Source: Neodothiora populina (Eukaryota). From it: a stretch of DNA of 64,000 nucleotides. Location: contig NW_027191415.1 in NCBI RefSeq assembly GCF_041146345.1, positions 806,001-870,000 of the forward strand, given 5' to 3'. The position numbers and the translations under genes are program-made. Under the pieces are notes generated by a model, which worked only from the letters and a program-made list of their open reading frames with translations, was not told the origin of the DNA and made no database searches. Below are positions 50,275 to 62,306 of the stretch, one piece after another. Each line of letters starts with the position of its first letter. Within the stretch, counting starts at the first letter, position 1.

Positions 50275-51155
50275 TCATTTCGGTGCATCGTCGTCCTTAC
50301 GAAGCATCCACCTCAACTCATCAGCCTGTGTTTCACTTCTCATTAGCACCTCCTCATCCCAAAGCCCACATTCAAAGCAAGCGCCTCAACCTCATCTCGT
50401 CATGAGATGCTGTTAGACAAACATACCTGCTCCTTGGTAACAAGCGCATCCAGTCTATCCTCCCGCATGAAGTCATGATCACCATATTCGAACCCGGGCA
50501 CGACCGTCTCACTGATGAGCAACCCGCCACTACTTCCCCCCTCTCCACCTCCTTGACCCTTATTACCATCATCATCAAGATCCTCAAGTAAATAACTAGC
50601 CTTATACTTGCCCCCCTCGACAATCCACTGGATTCTCTCTCCACGCTCCACAGCAAGTCCAACAACAAACGTCTCGACCCTAGCCTTCTCCACTCCGCCT
50701 CCCTGCCCTTGTTGGCATTCATGGGCGTCGTAGAACGGCATGACCTCATCAGCATGAACAACCACATACCGGCCCCGCCCCCGATGAAGCGTATGGATCG
50801 TGCGGCCTTTATTGCGATGGAATGCGCCCAAGGGCGAGGTCGGCGTGAGCAGGTAGTGGATTGATGTGCATGCGTTGCGCGTCTTGTCGCTTGCCTCTGC
50901 ATCTAGGTCTGCAGCTTTGCTCGATGGGCGTTGGTGGCGTTGGTGGGGGCCAGGGGATGAAGATGAGAGGAATGGGTTGGGAACTCGTGTGGGATCTCGG
51001 TCGGTTTCGAGAAAGTAGCCGCCTTCGATGTGTGCGGTTAGGTTCAGAGTCGATATCAGCGACTTTGCGGCGGGCGCTTCGTCTGCTTTTAGGGTGTTGT
51101 TGGTGGTGTAGTGTGGGGTTAGTGGGGAGGAGAGGGTGGGGTCTATGCTTGACAT
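50275..51155 (-). CDS. DUF985 / Cupin_5 (YML079W/Cff1-like) cupin protein, 2 exons
   Basis: Motifs LNLTAHIEGGYFLETDR, TSIHYLLT, GAFHRN, QWIVEGGKYKAS and LISETVVPGFEYGDHDF. Last exon ADELRWMLRKDDDAPK*. Confidence 0.9.
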
Positions 51156-51634
51156 TGCTGCTGTTTCTATTTATCTTTTGTGCTTGAGGCTTGAAGGCTT
51201 GACTATGTGGTTTCGGAAAGTGTTCGGGTTGGAATGGAATGGGTCTTGTGGTCCTGATGAGATGGGCGGGGATAAGTAAGCTGGATTGGTGTCCTGGTGC
51301 GGCTTACGCTTTCTGTACAGTAGTGATCGCTAAGTAGGTAGATAAGCAAGGGGTCGATTCGCAGAGTCATATAATCACATGGCTTTAGTTGAGGTGGCGT
51401 GCGGTTCATGAACTGCAATAGTCGTGCAGAACAGAACCATATAAGACAACTACATACGCTGTATGAACGCAAGAAGAAATAGAAACGAAAGAAATAGCGG
51501 ACTGCTTGAAGAAGAAAAACATAGTAATTATTTGTATAACGCAAGCAATCATTATCGCGAGCTTCATCCTCAATATATCCCGGCGTTACTCGTCAAGTGA
51601 TTTCCCGCGCTGCCTCATAGGCACCTCGGTAGTT

Positions 51635-53183
51635 CTAATAGGCCTTGTCTGCAGTGTGCACACCCTGGCTTGCCTGCGCCGCCTCTCGCTCAGCTGAAGT
51701 CATAGGCGCGCCGCCCTCACCACCTACATCAGGAGAGCCCATGTTGCCATAGGTTCGCTGCTGGCTTTCTGCTGGCGGGTTCATGGTGCCGCTGGCCTGT
51801 CTGCTCGAGATGGGGCTGATGTTGGCGCTTCCGGGCTGCTCGCCGGTGCTCTGTCCTGCTACAGACCTGATCGTGTCGGCCCATCTCTGAGCATCCTGTG
51901 CGGTATGGGCCTTGAAGGCATACTCGTGGGTCATGGAGAACTTGTTCCCGATGGAAGACTTGGAACTGTCCTTGCCCTTGACCATGAACTTCTGGCCGTC
52001 GACCGCGCCGACGATGCAGTCAGGCAGGTATAGCGAGGTCTCTGGGGTGGGGTCTTTGGCGAAGTCATCGTCGGTCTTGAAGCTGTGCAAGTACTTGGCC
52101 GGGGTCACGACGTAAAAGGCAGAGTCGTACTTCTTAAGCATCTTGCCCTTACGCTCCAGGGAACCCGCAATCAGCGGCTGGGTGGCTCTGTGGTTCTGGT
52201 TCGCGAAAGCGGTGTTCTCGACACTACGTGGAGGAGCCGACGGGTCGATCAAGATGTTTGCGTTGCGCGAGACGAAGCCACGCCATTCGAAGTCAGGGGT
52301 GATCTTCTGAGCGTTGAGGGCGACATCAGAGTACAAGTTGCGGACCTGCTCGCACTGCTGACCGATGATCTGGTTGAATTGATCAATGGCGGTCTGGAAG
52401 GTCTGGACAACGTGTGCCTCGAACTGCGAAAAGTTGTTCTGCACCGCAATCAGATCTTGGCGGTTGTTGTTCTCCTCGATGATCTGGTTGTTCAGACGGT
52501 GGTAAACACCACGCTGGATGATGTAGGGGTCCTCATGAGCAGCGAGTCTGCCGCCGTGGCTCTCGAAGCCGGCAGTGTGCTGACCCAGGAGCTCGATGTG
52601 CTTCTGGGTTGTCTTCTGGGCTTTGTCGACAGCCTTGCTACCCTTACCGGCACCCTTTGCGATTTCCTTGTTCTTGTTCTTGATCTCGGTGTGCAGGCGG
52701 TCGAGAATGGGCAAGATGGAGCCCTTGAGGGTCTTGGCAGTCTCGGTGTGGATGTTTGAGATGGCTTGCGTGTTGGATCTGATGTTGTCGAACATGGCGG
52801 CGATGCCTCCGAGATTCTGGTCAAATTGGTGGCCTTCCTTCAGAGGTTGGTTGACCGTCTAGTGCGTGGAATCAGAACTGTGCTGTCGTCACGCTGCAAG
52901 AAAAACGACAACAAGATACCTTGAGCACTTTCTCATACTCTTTGGCGTGCGCAAGCTGCACTTTCTCCGTCGCGCCAATGTAGTCTTCCAGATAGCCACA
53001 GGCGTGTTTCCAGGCCTGCAACCTCTCGAGGAACAGCTTCGTGACCTAGCAGCCATTAGCATGAGATCGACCGTGACGATAACATGTAGGCCAGACAAAA
53101 CATACCTCGCTGGTGTCCTCGTCAGGGATGGCATCGTCAGTCGAGTTGGTCGCCGTGCGACTCGGCATGTTCATAGAAGCCAT
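51635..53183 (-). CDS. Slm1-like BAR-PH domain protein, 3 exons
   Basis: MASMNMPSR..DTSE|VTKLFLERLQAWKHACGYLEDY, helical region with DPY, and PH domain PLIAGSLERK..YVVTPAKYLHSFK..PETSLYLPDC..YAFKAHT..W. Confidence 0.85.
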
Positions 53184-54238
53184 CTTTGTAGATTTTGCTC
53201 AGAGTCGTCTGAAGGTGATGGGTGGGTCTACGAAAAAGCAGCAGAGGGTCAGTAATGCGCGCTATATATATACTTATATCTCACTACAGAGTCCCGCCCG
53301 CGCAAGCCTGGAAAGACGAATTGAATCTATTTTTTTCTTCAACGATTCTCACGCTTGTAGATCATGCTTGGGCTGGCGGGGTGGGACCGCGTGACTGGAC
53401 TTGGTGGCTCACTTACAGTACAGAAGCTGGTCAAGTGGCGGAGATAAGTGTTGTTGTTTCGTGTAATTTGTTTGAGAGAAGCAGCTTCGTGCAGTCCAGT
53501 ATACAAATATCTACAAAAGCCAAGTCGGCCACATATATATAGGGTTTGGGTTTGTTACGAGACCGTACATAAAGGGGAAGGGCGCGTATATGAGCTATGA
53601 ACCCTTCAGTTTTCTATACTTTCTCTGTTTCAACGATACCTTACAATTAGCGGCGTGGGCGGACAATGATCAATGATGTGATGTGGGGGTTCCAGGTGCA
53701 GCTTCCAGGTTGTTTTGGCGGGTTGAGATGAGCCCATTCGCATCTGGCCCGCTTCGGCCCCTACGTCATTCGCTAAACCCGCAACGCGCGACTACAGGTA
53801 TCTCTGTATCTTGCCGAGCTTGCTTGTGCAGGTGACATACAGCATCTATCTGAACGAGTATCAGGATGTACAGCTACATTCAGATCAGAGCAAGCACAGT
53901 CCCTACCTTATCTCGGGTAGTGATCTTGAGTAGCATGTTGATATCCTATCTCAAGTTCAACTCCGGGCTTATCAGCTCGTCCTTGATATCTGTCACTTGA
54001 CCATAACCAAAGTATTATGTAGAGGACGAGTAAGCAGAGTCCATGCCATTGGCTTGTGTCGCCGAATCGGCAGTCAATGTGAGCATCAAAAGAACAGCAT
54101 GCTCTCAATGGCCGCCTGCGCTGCCTCGGATGTCCGTATCATATCAAAAAGAAAGTGCTCGAATTGTAACCCGTCACAGCCAATCGGCATAAATACACAG
54201 AGAACAAGTCGTAAAAGCTACCTCCTCATGCCCATCTC

Positions 54239-54568
54239 TCACGCCTTTCCCTCAGGGTGCTCCTTCTCAGCCTTTCCTGCCGTCTGCTTCTGCAAGTCGT
54301 CCATGTGAGCGTCGTGATCGTGCACCTTCTCCTTATCCGCCGCGATACCAGCCTCTCCGGCGCTGGCGAGCTCCTCGTGCCAGTGTCCCTTGCCCTGCTT
54401 CTGCTTGTCCAATTGCTCTTGCTTCAGCTTCTCTAGCTGCTCGGGGGTGCGGTTGGCGTCTTCTTTGACGCGCAGACAGCGCTGCACCGAAAAGGTCCGT
54501 GGTGCGATGGTTGTTCGCGGCGCTGCGACCCGGGATGCGCTGATGGCGGTCTTTGCTAGGCGGAACAT
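54239..54568 (-). CDS. Small conserved mitochondrial-targeted hydrophilic protein (109 aa)
   Basis: Arg/Ser/Thr-rich presequence MFRLAKTAISASRVAAPR, then KQEQLDKQKQGKGHWHEELASAGEAGIAADK, a motif I recognise from a conserved fungal family. Codon usage looks coding. Confidence 0.82.
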   Translation of the reverse strand: MFRLAKTAISASRVAAPRTTIAPRTFSVQRCLRVKEDANRTPEQLEKLKQEQLDKQKQGKGHWHEELASAGEAGIAADKEKVHDHDAHMDDLQKQTAGKAEKEHPEGKA

Positions 54569-55268
54569 ATTCGTTTTTGTTGTGCTAAGTTGTGGTTAGT
54601 ATAATGCAGTAAGGGTGGTACGCGACAGGTAAACTGACTGGAGACTGAGATAAAGGTGGGTGGTAATAAGGAGAAGTAGAGCGTGAATGTGAAACTCGAA
54701 TGTGTACCTTAGGCTTGCTTTCAAAGAGGCGATTGGATCAGAAAAGAGAGGTTATGCGGCCGACTTCTGCTGCAAGATATCCCCGAGGATGATTACCCGC
54801 AGTGCCTTCCCCAGCATAGAGCTGCTGTATGCTGACCTCGAGGCAGGTAGGTACGTAGTGCGACTTTCACTCCTTGCTTGTTCAGTGACGTCAGGCTGTG
54901 ACAATTCTCCACCACAATATCGGGAGCACGGTGGGGTTTTACCTTACGAATACGATGAATCCCAGCTAACGTAGATCTTTACGTTGTGGTGCTGTAGGTC
55001 CCTCACATCATACAGTACAAGTACCTTATCAACCGATTGGAAGATCCTGGGATGCATCGAACTCGATCGTATAGTCTTGTGCTTAGCGAGTGTTCACGAC
55101 GTCCAATAATCGAGACGGCTATGCAAATACCACTTTTGTAGATCCATTTAATGGGAAGCGCTGCATTTCGTGACTTCATATATATATGTATACGACAGGG
55201 CGAGGCAGCGTAGGACGATGATAGCTTACAGTCTCTCGCTCGAGAGAGGCATCGTGATACTACTACAT

Positions 55269-55567
55269 TTACCAGAGGTCTTCTTCCTTGGAGTCATCGT
55301 CTTCCCAGAGACTCTTCTGCTCGAACGGCTGTTCGTGTTTCCCATACCCGAGATAGTCGTGCTGGCCGCCAGCACCGGCCGCTTGTCTCTCCCGCTGACC
55401 GTGGTCGTGGTTCTCTTCTGAGCCATCGCTTGCGCCGTCGTGGTCGGAGCCCATATTGTGATCACCATGTGCATGATGCTGCTGCTGCTGCTGGTGATGG
55501 TGTTGATGATGGTGCTGCTGTTGCTGCTGCTGTTGCTGCTGCTGTTGCTGCTGCTGTTGCTGCTGCT

Positions 55568-55600
<33 letters not shown>

Positions 55601-56690
55601 AAAACGCAATGTTAGTACTGCGGCTTCATCTTTGTTTTTGGAACAAGCTATAAACTCACCTCCTGCCAACGCAAATACTGCGATTGTTGCTCGCTCTGTC
55701 GCTCCCGATTGTTTGGTGCCGCTTGCTGCTGTTGCTGTTGCTGTTGTTGTTGTTGTTGTTGTTGTTGCTGCTGCTTCGCTTGTGCTGCTTTCTGTGCAGC
55801 GGGTATCTGCATCTGGGGATGCATCATCTGCACCTTGGCGAGGTAGCTGTACATGAAATTCGACAGCAGCACTTGACTGTGCAGAGCGCGTTTGGGATTT
55901 GCGAGCTTGATGTGCGCCATACGGTATATGGCGCGCTCCTCCAGAATACTAAACCGGGTCCAGTTGTAGTCGATGTCTGGTCTGAGCATGCGTGGCGGAG
56001 GCTCGGGCGACAACGCCCGGTTCGAGTAGCGTTTCTTCTGTGCAGTTTCTTCGGAGGCTTTGGCCCGTTTGCCTCCTCCAAAGATCGCAGATAGAATACC
56101 AGTATCCTTCTCCTTCCGTGAGGATGTGTCTGAAGTCTTACGTGAGCTCTGCTTCTTCCTCTCCTCCTCAAGCTGAATGCTCTCGCGGTCCAGAACAAGT
56201 GACTCTCTGCTTCTCGATGTCGGACTGCCGTCTATGGATGATTGAAGAACGTCCAGCCTGGTCTTGTCGGATGTTTTGCTTCGAGACGAAGATGACTTGG
56301 CTTTGCGCGACGTCTTCTCTTCCTTCTCGCGTTCCTCCTTTTCTCGATTCTTTTCTTTCTCCTTTTCTTCTCCACCCAGAAGCCAGTTCCAGCTAGTCTT
56401 TCGATCGCTGCCCTTTTTCTTTTCAGACTTCTTCTCGTCGTCGAACGTAGGCACCATAGTCAGCGCATCCGTCCTCGTGTTGCCGCTGCCAGGAAGAGGT
56501 GACGGATTGGAGGAGATGTCGTCCAATGTTGAGTTGGTGCTGTGTTGTGTGCGTGATGAGACTAGTGCTGGCCTGGTATGGGCACCACGTGCAGGGCTGT
56601 TGATACGAGGGGGTGGACTGGCACTCTTGCTAGGCGGTGTCGGTGGCGGAACGTGAGAAGACGTCCGTTCCGGTATGGCGTAATCGTTCT

Positions 56691-56725
<35 letters not shown>

Positions 56726-58413
56726 TGCCTGTCGGCAGGGGGTGGTGTCTCGACAATGTGTGGCACTCCGGGTATCTGTGCAGTAGTTCTACCATTGCTA
56801 GCAATCCTGGAGTGAAAAGGCTTGGTGCGATGCTGCTCTGGAGTAGTGGGAGCCTCTTCGGAGGACTTTGCGGGTGCATTCTTTGCATGCTCGATCAGAC
56901 TCTCCGTCGAAGACGAGAAGGCTAATGAGGATGTGATTGGATGGGTCGGTTCGGCCACTGGCAGTTCGGGAGCAGCAGACGGCTCCGTCTGGGCACGAGC
57001 GATTCCTGGAGTCGGTTCCTCTCCATGCACCAGAGGTGAAGATGGTGCGTGTGCCTCGGCAGCCTCGTGTTCACCACGCCGGCCTAGCCCTCGTCTCGTG
57101 AATTCACCCTTGCGTAGACTGCCCCTTCGATAGGTCGTCCTAGTGGATCGCTTGAGCGACATGCCTGTTGGAGGGAGGATGGGCATGTCTTCTTCTCGAG
57201 GCACTTCACTGCCAGAATCCAAGGAAGTCCTGCTCGAGTCCAGGCTGATTTTCCGGATCGCCGTCTCTGGGTCGCCGACCAGTGTCTCCAGCTCAGCCAG
57301 ATTTTCAGCGCCAGACTCCTGCTGCTCTTTTGGTCGATGCTGGAGCCCCTCGGACCTCTTTCTTTCCAGCCGGACCGCACCGTCTTCGTATCCTTTGGGG
57401 TTGTTGATCTGCCGCGACAGCATACTCTTCCTTCGTCTCAGACTTCCAGAGTCGGACCGTTCTAACGAAGTGGGCGAGAGCGAATCACCAGAGCCCGAGC
57501 GTTGTCTGATTCTGTCGACCCGGTCCTCCACAAAGGTCTTGAATTCTTTGGGCGCAAGTTCGGGATGCAGACGGGCGGGGACCCAAAACAGGCGTGAAGC
57601 ATCGTCTTCGTCGTCTGAAGGTGAAGGTGAAATGGAGGAAGTGAAAGAGGGCAGGTCGGGATCTGCTGTGTCGACGTTCATTGACATGCGTCGAATAGCC
57701 TGAAGATTACTCAGCTCCTGAGCAACTGCCGCAGGACTCGACTCATAATCAATGTCGTTCAGCGGGAATTGCTGCACCGCAGTCTCGGACGATGATGATT
57801 TGCGAGACAAGCCGGGCGACACTGGGCTGTTCTCGCTGCCTAAGCTGCTCTTCCTGGCCATCGTGGCAGCACTCCCGTCGCTACCGCCTGGTGGTATCCT
57901 CTCGTTTGACGCGGTATGTGCGAGTGGTGTCCGCGGGGGCGATGTCTTTTTGGATGGTACATTGACCACGTCGAACGTCTCCGCCGGCGTACGGATGAAA
58001 CTGAGAGGCCGCAAGTTCTGGTTTCGCCCACTCAGGTAGTCTTCATCATCACTGCCGTACATTCCACCGATCGCTTCGGTAACATGATGATTGTCGTCGC
58101 TGATCGAAATCTGAGGCGCATGTCCACGTCGAGAATGGTAGGATCGGTCCCCGTACTCGGACAATGAGCCCGCGGGAGACTGTGGTTTTGTTAGCTGACC
58201 GAGACCACTGTCGTCTACCCCCTTCGCTGGCCACGCTGACAGTAGGCATGAGAAAACAATGTATATGTAAGATTCTGGGCAAAAGGCTGGAGTGGCTCCG
58301 GTAGGGTAAGGGAAGAACAGGTCTCAGGAATTCGAAACAGCGAGGATGATTAGATATGTGATATGTACACCCAGCAGGCTTGTTGATATGCTGTATCAGA
58401 TACGCACCTGCAT
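55269..58413 (-). CDS. ZDS1: Zds1-like PP2A(Cdc55) regulator / telomere silencing protein, 3 exons
   Basis: Motifs QELSNLQAIRRMSM and LFWVPARLHPELAPKEF; Zds_C domain RFSILEERAIYRMAHIKLANPKRALHSQVLLSNFMYSYL. First exon ATG CAG|GTGCGT (intron 58180-58407); last intron ~55599-55659; ends KEEDLW*. Confidence 0.9.
55515..55598 (-). repeat. Coding (CAG)3CAA 12-bp tandem x6 plus flanking CAGs, encoding a 28-Gln tract in ZDS1
   Basis: (TTGCTGCTGCTG)6 at 55521-55592 on the + strand. Confidence 0.9.
56692..56724 (-). repeat. (ACG)11 coding microsatellite (poly-Thr) in ZDS1
   Basis: Read directly as (cgt)11 on the + strand. Confidence 0.9.
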
Positions 58414-59262
58414 TGTAATTCTTCCGCAGACGACAACGATTACACCGACACGCTATCTTCTGGATGAAAGAATGATAGCTGATGTTTTTTGTCCCGTCAC
58501 GTTCAGGCCCCTGGTTCAATGGCGGCCGTGGGAGAGGGAGCAGTGATGGCTCTGATTCAACGAGCCCGCCAGACAACGTGGGCGGTCAAGGGTCATCGAG
58601 TAACAGACTGCATGTACGACAGGGTCAACACATTCCACGTCGAATCAGAGTAGCATATTTGCCGTGTTTCATAATGTGCACGAGTGTCTGTGGAATACCT
58701 AATAATCACACCTCGCCCAATACAGTAGAGCCCAGCACTGCCAGTGCGGATGCTTGGCACCCGTCCGTCCGCGTCGTTTTGTGTATAAGAGGTAAGGCAC
58801 CATCGCCTCGCCTCGATCACCTCACCCTATGTCCACTCCTAACTTATCTTACCATACAACCAAGTAGATCACTCTTCCATGATGAGAGCGGCATTCTTGT
58901 TCTCAGTCATCTTTACGGATTTACGGATCTGAAGATGATAATGAAATCCATATTGACTGTCCCGCTGCGTCTGAGTTGACTGTTGGGCTCGAGTGAAGAT
59001 AAATTAGGTAGTATGCACAGATGGTCCATGTCTGTGACCCATGGCCGAATGCGCCCAATTATGACCGGATGCCGGCATGTCAGCAGCCGAGCACGTTGCT
59101 CGAGTCTGAGCTGTGCACTATTGGCATCCACATGATAGCTCCATGGACAATGACATTTCAAATATGAATTGAGTTGGGTATCTAGTGCATGAGTCCTATA
59201 GCTTCTCTGAACGCCCCCTGGCTTTCGCTACCGTATGCCCCCTGACCGGCCCACACCACAAC

Positions 59263-61240
59263 CTAAGCATGGCCCGAGGTGCTCTTCTTCCACACGGCAA
59301 GTGCTGCTGCTGCACACACGGCCGCAGCACCCAGCGCGATATACAAACTCGTCCGGTCAGCTGCATCTTCCTCCGCCTTGGGAAATGCCGTTGCTGGAAA
59401 GGTTGCACTTTCTGCCAGATGCACAAAAAACTCGGAGATGCTGCCCCATCTCACACTGACATGCAACGGCTTGGGCATGCGCAGTCTTTCGGTATACTCG
59501 TCAGGTTGTACCTCAGTCCTCTGGACCGCTCGGTCTTGGTCGGCCTTGAGTGCTGTATACACGGCGGGAAGGCCGTCCAGATGCGGAAAGCGGTTTCGCA
59601 GGTCTACAATGTGACTGAAGCTGTCAGGATCGCTCGAGTCATACGTGTAACAGAGCAGATCGCATGCGTCCAATTTCGCCTGGTTTTCGATTATCGCAGG
59701 CTCCAACTCGCCGAGCTCCTCCATGATCAGATAGCACTGCCTGCCTCCCTGGAGCTCTACACTATTCACTGCTGTCCGAGGTTTGATGGTGGGATGATAG
59801 GTTGAGCTGAAAGGCCGGTTCAGGAATGCAGAGAGCAGGCTTGATTTCCCGCTGCCGCCGGCGCCGATGACATAACACAAGAAGACGCTCCTTTCGACTC
59901 GCGCGGGCCTGTTACGCCTTTTGCGAGCCTTGGTGACTTTCAGTGCAGCGGTAGTGCCGACCCGCTGTGGACCTTCAAAGCCTAGATATGCGAGGTACTC
60001 CAATGTGGTTTTCGGCTCTTCGAACGTGGTCATGCTCCACTGCGCAAGCCAACCTTGCAAGGTGATGTAGCCAGCTTCATTACGGACGGTACAGGAAGGA
60101 AAGTCGGAATCTATCCACGAAGAGGGGAATCCGGGAGTGGGCGCGAAAAGGGTAGCCAGCTCTGCGTCGTTCAGACCGCCGTCGTTGTCTTTGTCGTGGA
60201 GGAGGAATAGGTCGACGAAGAAGCGGTAGCCCGCCGGACTGAGCTCGGCTGATGAATACGGAGGGAGATCAAATTTGGGGTGCAGAAAGGTGTCCTTGAG
60301 GCTCAGACTATCCGTGTAATGGAACTTTCGTAGGATGATCCATATGGTCTCGTGACGGCCTTTCTCTGCGAACATCTTGTTCAGAAGCAGAAAGCCCGCA
60401 GCGTCGATGCCCTTCTCGGCAGTCGCCTTGTCTCCCGACCACCGCTGTATGGAGCGCTTGACGATGTCGAGGTCTGCGTCGGAGAGAGGTTTGTCGAAAC
60501 ACTTGAGCTGGAAATCGTGGATCTCGGCATCGTTCAGCAAGCCGTCCTGATCTTTGTCGCAAAGGTAGAATATCCTCTGGAGGGCGGCGACAGCTGCTGG
60601 CTTCAGATTTGATTCTTTCGAATCATATATAGGAGCTATGGGATGGGTGACGGCTTTTTGACAGAGGAAGAAGACCTCGTTGATGTTGTGGTGCTCTCTC
60701 GCGCTTGTGCGTATGCAAGAATCTATCTCCTTGAACTCGGCCATGACCGGGAGCATTTCTTCCTCGACGACTTGAGCAGTGGTGGTGTTGGCAGACAGGT
60801 CAGCTTTGCTTGCGCAAAGCACTACCGGGACATTGACCCCGAGCGACCTGAAATAAGGCAACCAGAACAAGGCAACACGTTCATAGCTATAGTGGTCGGA
60901 GTAGACCAGAAGGATGACATTGCACTTGCGAAGCTCTTTGCGGAGATTCTCTCGTTCTTTTGGTAATGCAGAAGTATCTACAATGGTGGTGGTGACGCTT
61001 TCCGGTGTACCCAGAGTTGGTGGGAGTGAGATTGAAGGCAAGACAGATTGGATTTTGGTGGTGACAAAAATGTCTTTGACAAGGGATGTCTGGACCGTGC
61101 AACAGAGATCAGCCTTCGACTTCTTGATGCTATAGCCATGACGGGATTGAGATATGATTGAATTCGACAAGGAGACTGACAATTAGACTGGACTTGCCTG
61201 TGCCCTCGTCGCCGCAGACACAGACACGGACAGCTGCCAT
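59263..61240 (-). CDS. GEM1: Mitochondrial Rho GTPase Miro/Gem1, 2 exons
   Basis: [20 protein letters not shown], intron 61090-61180, then TSLVKD. EF-hands [11 protein letters not shown] and [11 protein letters not shown], second P-loop GAGGSGKS, and a C-terminal tail anchor. Confidence 0.97.
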
Positions 61241-62306
61241 GCGGACTCGATCACGAACAGAGAGCTAGGGGCGGGTTATTATCTCGCCATGCAGAAGTAT
61301 GGAGCTTGGACTATGAGCAGGACAGTCGAGGAATGTTGTGTTTGTCAAGAAGATGTCTTGTACTGCAGCCTAAGGTAAGGTACTGTAGCTGTTTACTTTG
61401 TATAGGGTAAGGTAACTTTACCGTAATTAGCTGCTCTGTGATTCTAGAAGTTTAGCGCGGGGATGCCGGACAGCTTGGCATGAGATCGGCAGCCCTATGG
61501 TGCAAGTAAATGCGCATCACAACGCATTGTCGTGCATCTGTTCACGAAATGAAAACAAGTCAGCTATGAGGACCTGCGGAAGAGCATAGATCTGCGTAAT
61601 CGTATAATGAGATCAGTGTACTTGTATGGTGAAAGTGTTATGCCTAGCGGGAAGTGAACAGAGCCCTGCGTGCTGATGCGGTCACAATAAGTGAAATCCC
61701 CACATTGTGGTTCGAATCCAGAAACAAGCCACACGATAAAGGATAGCGATACGAACCAACCCGATCGACCTGGGACTATGTTTGAGGAAGACAGGGGACA
61801 AAGCTGGCAGGTCTTCGCTAGTCTTCGTCGCTGTCTTCGGGGATGTAAGGTACAGTGTCTAATTTGCTAGAATAGGGTGAGCGAGAGATATATATATCAG
61901 GACTGTCAGTACCAAGGTCCCCGCTTGTCTGAGTTAGTCGCACGTGTAGTGGGGAAAGTGGCTTGGAAGCGGTTCAGTTGGAGTTTGGATGCACGGTAGC
62001 TAAGGTAAGGAAGGTACAGTATGTCAGGGTACAATCCCCAATCCCCGTTCCTGACCTGACCATTGTCATCCTAGATTGTCTAGATTGTCTCAATGTACAA
62101 ATATAATACACGCTTGAGGTAACCATCTCTGCATCTGGTCTGACGACTCTCTTGCCTGTGCATCGACAACCGCCCACAATTCACATACTCTGCCCAGTTC
62201 ACCCACTGTTCCTGCAGCGCCCCGTCAGTCCGTCGCTCGGCTTGGGTTGCGATTAGCGGAGCGTGTGCCTCCAGATTGACATTGACCAAGACGACACCCC
62301 GGCAAT

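Noticed and set aside
55226..55856. Poly-Leu, poly-Ala and poly-Ser ORFs
   Set aside because: Alternative-frame readings of the ZDS1 CAG/CAA repeat.
61090..61182. Apparent novel N-terminus of Gem1 lacking the first P-loop
   Set aside because: This is a 91-nt intron. The true first exon (61181-61240) supplies GDEGTGKS.
61620..61730. tRNA gene around GGTTCGAATCC
   Set aside because: The T-stem is mismatched and there are no convincing D or anticodon arms. Kept only as a B-box observation.
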